Translations under genes and position numbers: made by a program | Origin: a virus | Taxonomy: Duplodnaviria > Caudoviricetes | DNA length: 64,000 bases | IMG/VR virus record: IMGVR_UViG_3300033069_002007 | Coordinates: 1 to 64,000 of that record | Strand: one strand, 5' to 3' | The notes under the pieces: model-generated | Databases searched by the model: none | Told to the model about the DNA's origin: nothing | What the model saw: only the letters and a program-made list of their open reading frames with translations | In this document: in pieces, positions 63,804 through 64,000 of the stretch | Layout: each line of letters starts with the position of its first letter | Position numbering within the stretch: the stretch's first letter is position 1

Positions 63804-64000
63804 ATGTCAACACATATTTATAAGTCATTAAAACCATATAAATCAATTTATAAATTCTCTGAGAATTCATTCTCTAATACTGTAGTATCTAGAATATTAG
63901 TTTTATTTAATCGAGTTTTACAAAAAAGAATTCATAAACCTTTATTTGGTTCACCTGAACTATATGACTTAATTAAGACTCCTGAAGGTAAATTTTATAC
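63804..64000 (+). CDS. partial ORF with YKS tag (runs off window; not in ORF track)
   Basis: MSTHIYKSLKPYKSIYKFSENSFSN... Confidence 0.55.
   Translation, partial: MSTHIYKSLKPYKSIYKFSENSFSNTVVSRILVLFNRVLQKRIHKPLFGSPELYDLIKTPEGKFY

Noticed and set aside
1-64000. Stop-codon reassignment (TAG or TGA), as in some jumbo and crAss-like phages
   Set aside because: Long conserved genes are intact under code 11, and TAG and TGA end genes at coupled junctions. The one suspicious TAG (31771) is not rescued by read-through.
1-64000. CRISPR array, tRNA or rRNA genes
   Set aside because: No regularly spaced direct repeats or cloverleaf-like sequences were seen in the short intergenic gaps. This was visual inspection only; tRNAscan was not run.
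1-64000. Host assignment
   Set aside because: SD usage, a sigma70-type promoter and low GC are compatible with many phyla; no diagnostic feature in the window.

Overview
A 64-kb slice of a large, AT-rich, lytic tailed phage genome (jumbo, T4-like head module; standard genetic code; no tRNA, rRNA or CRISPR array seen). Most genes from 1 to 52,505 lie on the minus strand and those from 52,756 on the plus strand. Contents in order: a small nucleotide/NAD module (NAMPT plus NMNAT-Nudix); a GIY-YIG homing endonuclease; a head module (major capsid, prohead protease fused to a scaffold-like coiled coil, gp68-like core protein, portal) with a tail-hub-like gene; rIIB/rIIA; a plus-strand phosphoesterase and ClpP pair; an early cluster with a DenV-like glycosylase, a DEDDh exonuclease and a Zn-dependent HDAC-family deacetylase; SbcD-like nuclease, DnaB-like helicase, 5'-3' exonuclease and a sigma-like protein; a 7-deazaguanine DNA-modification cluster (QueD, PRTase, QueE, FolE, second QueD-like T-fold, glycosyltransferase, DpdA/TGT-like, ParB-like; no QueC in the window); RecA, SSB, UvrD; an AT-rich strand switch; a DnaC-like ATPase; a class II RNR (NrdJ) fractured into two genes by a split intein with a free-standing GIY-YIG endonuclease between them; a Tad2/DUF2829 protein, dUTPase, PolB and a SNF2 helicase. 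Best hunt results: (1) a recurring peptide tag, [ML][KE]x-Y-K-S-[IVL]-[YF]-x(1-3)-E, on 9 ORFs (12 copies), which resembles a capsid-targeting sequence and co-occurs with a TACTAATTA putative late promoter; (2) the QueC-less deazaguanine cluster with a glycosyltransferase; (3) the fractured nrdJ; (4) a covarying C-AGGUA-G hairpin about 32 nt upstream of both NAD-salvage genes, with an ART-like ORF between them. All family assignments come from motif recognition by eye; no database searches were run.
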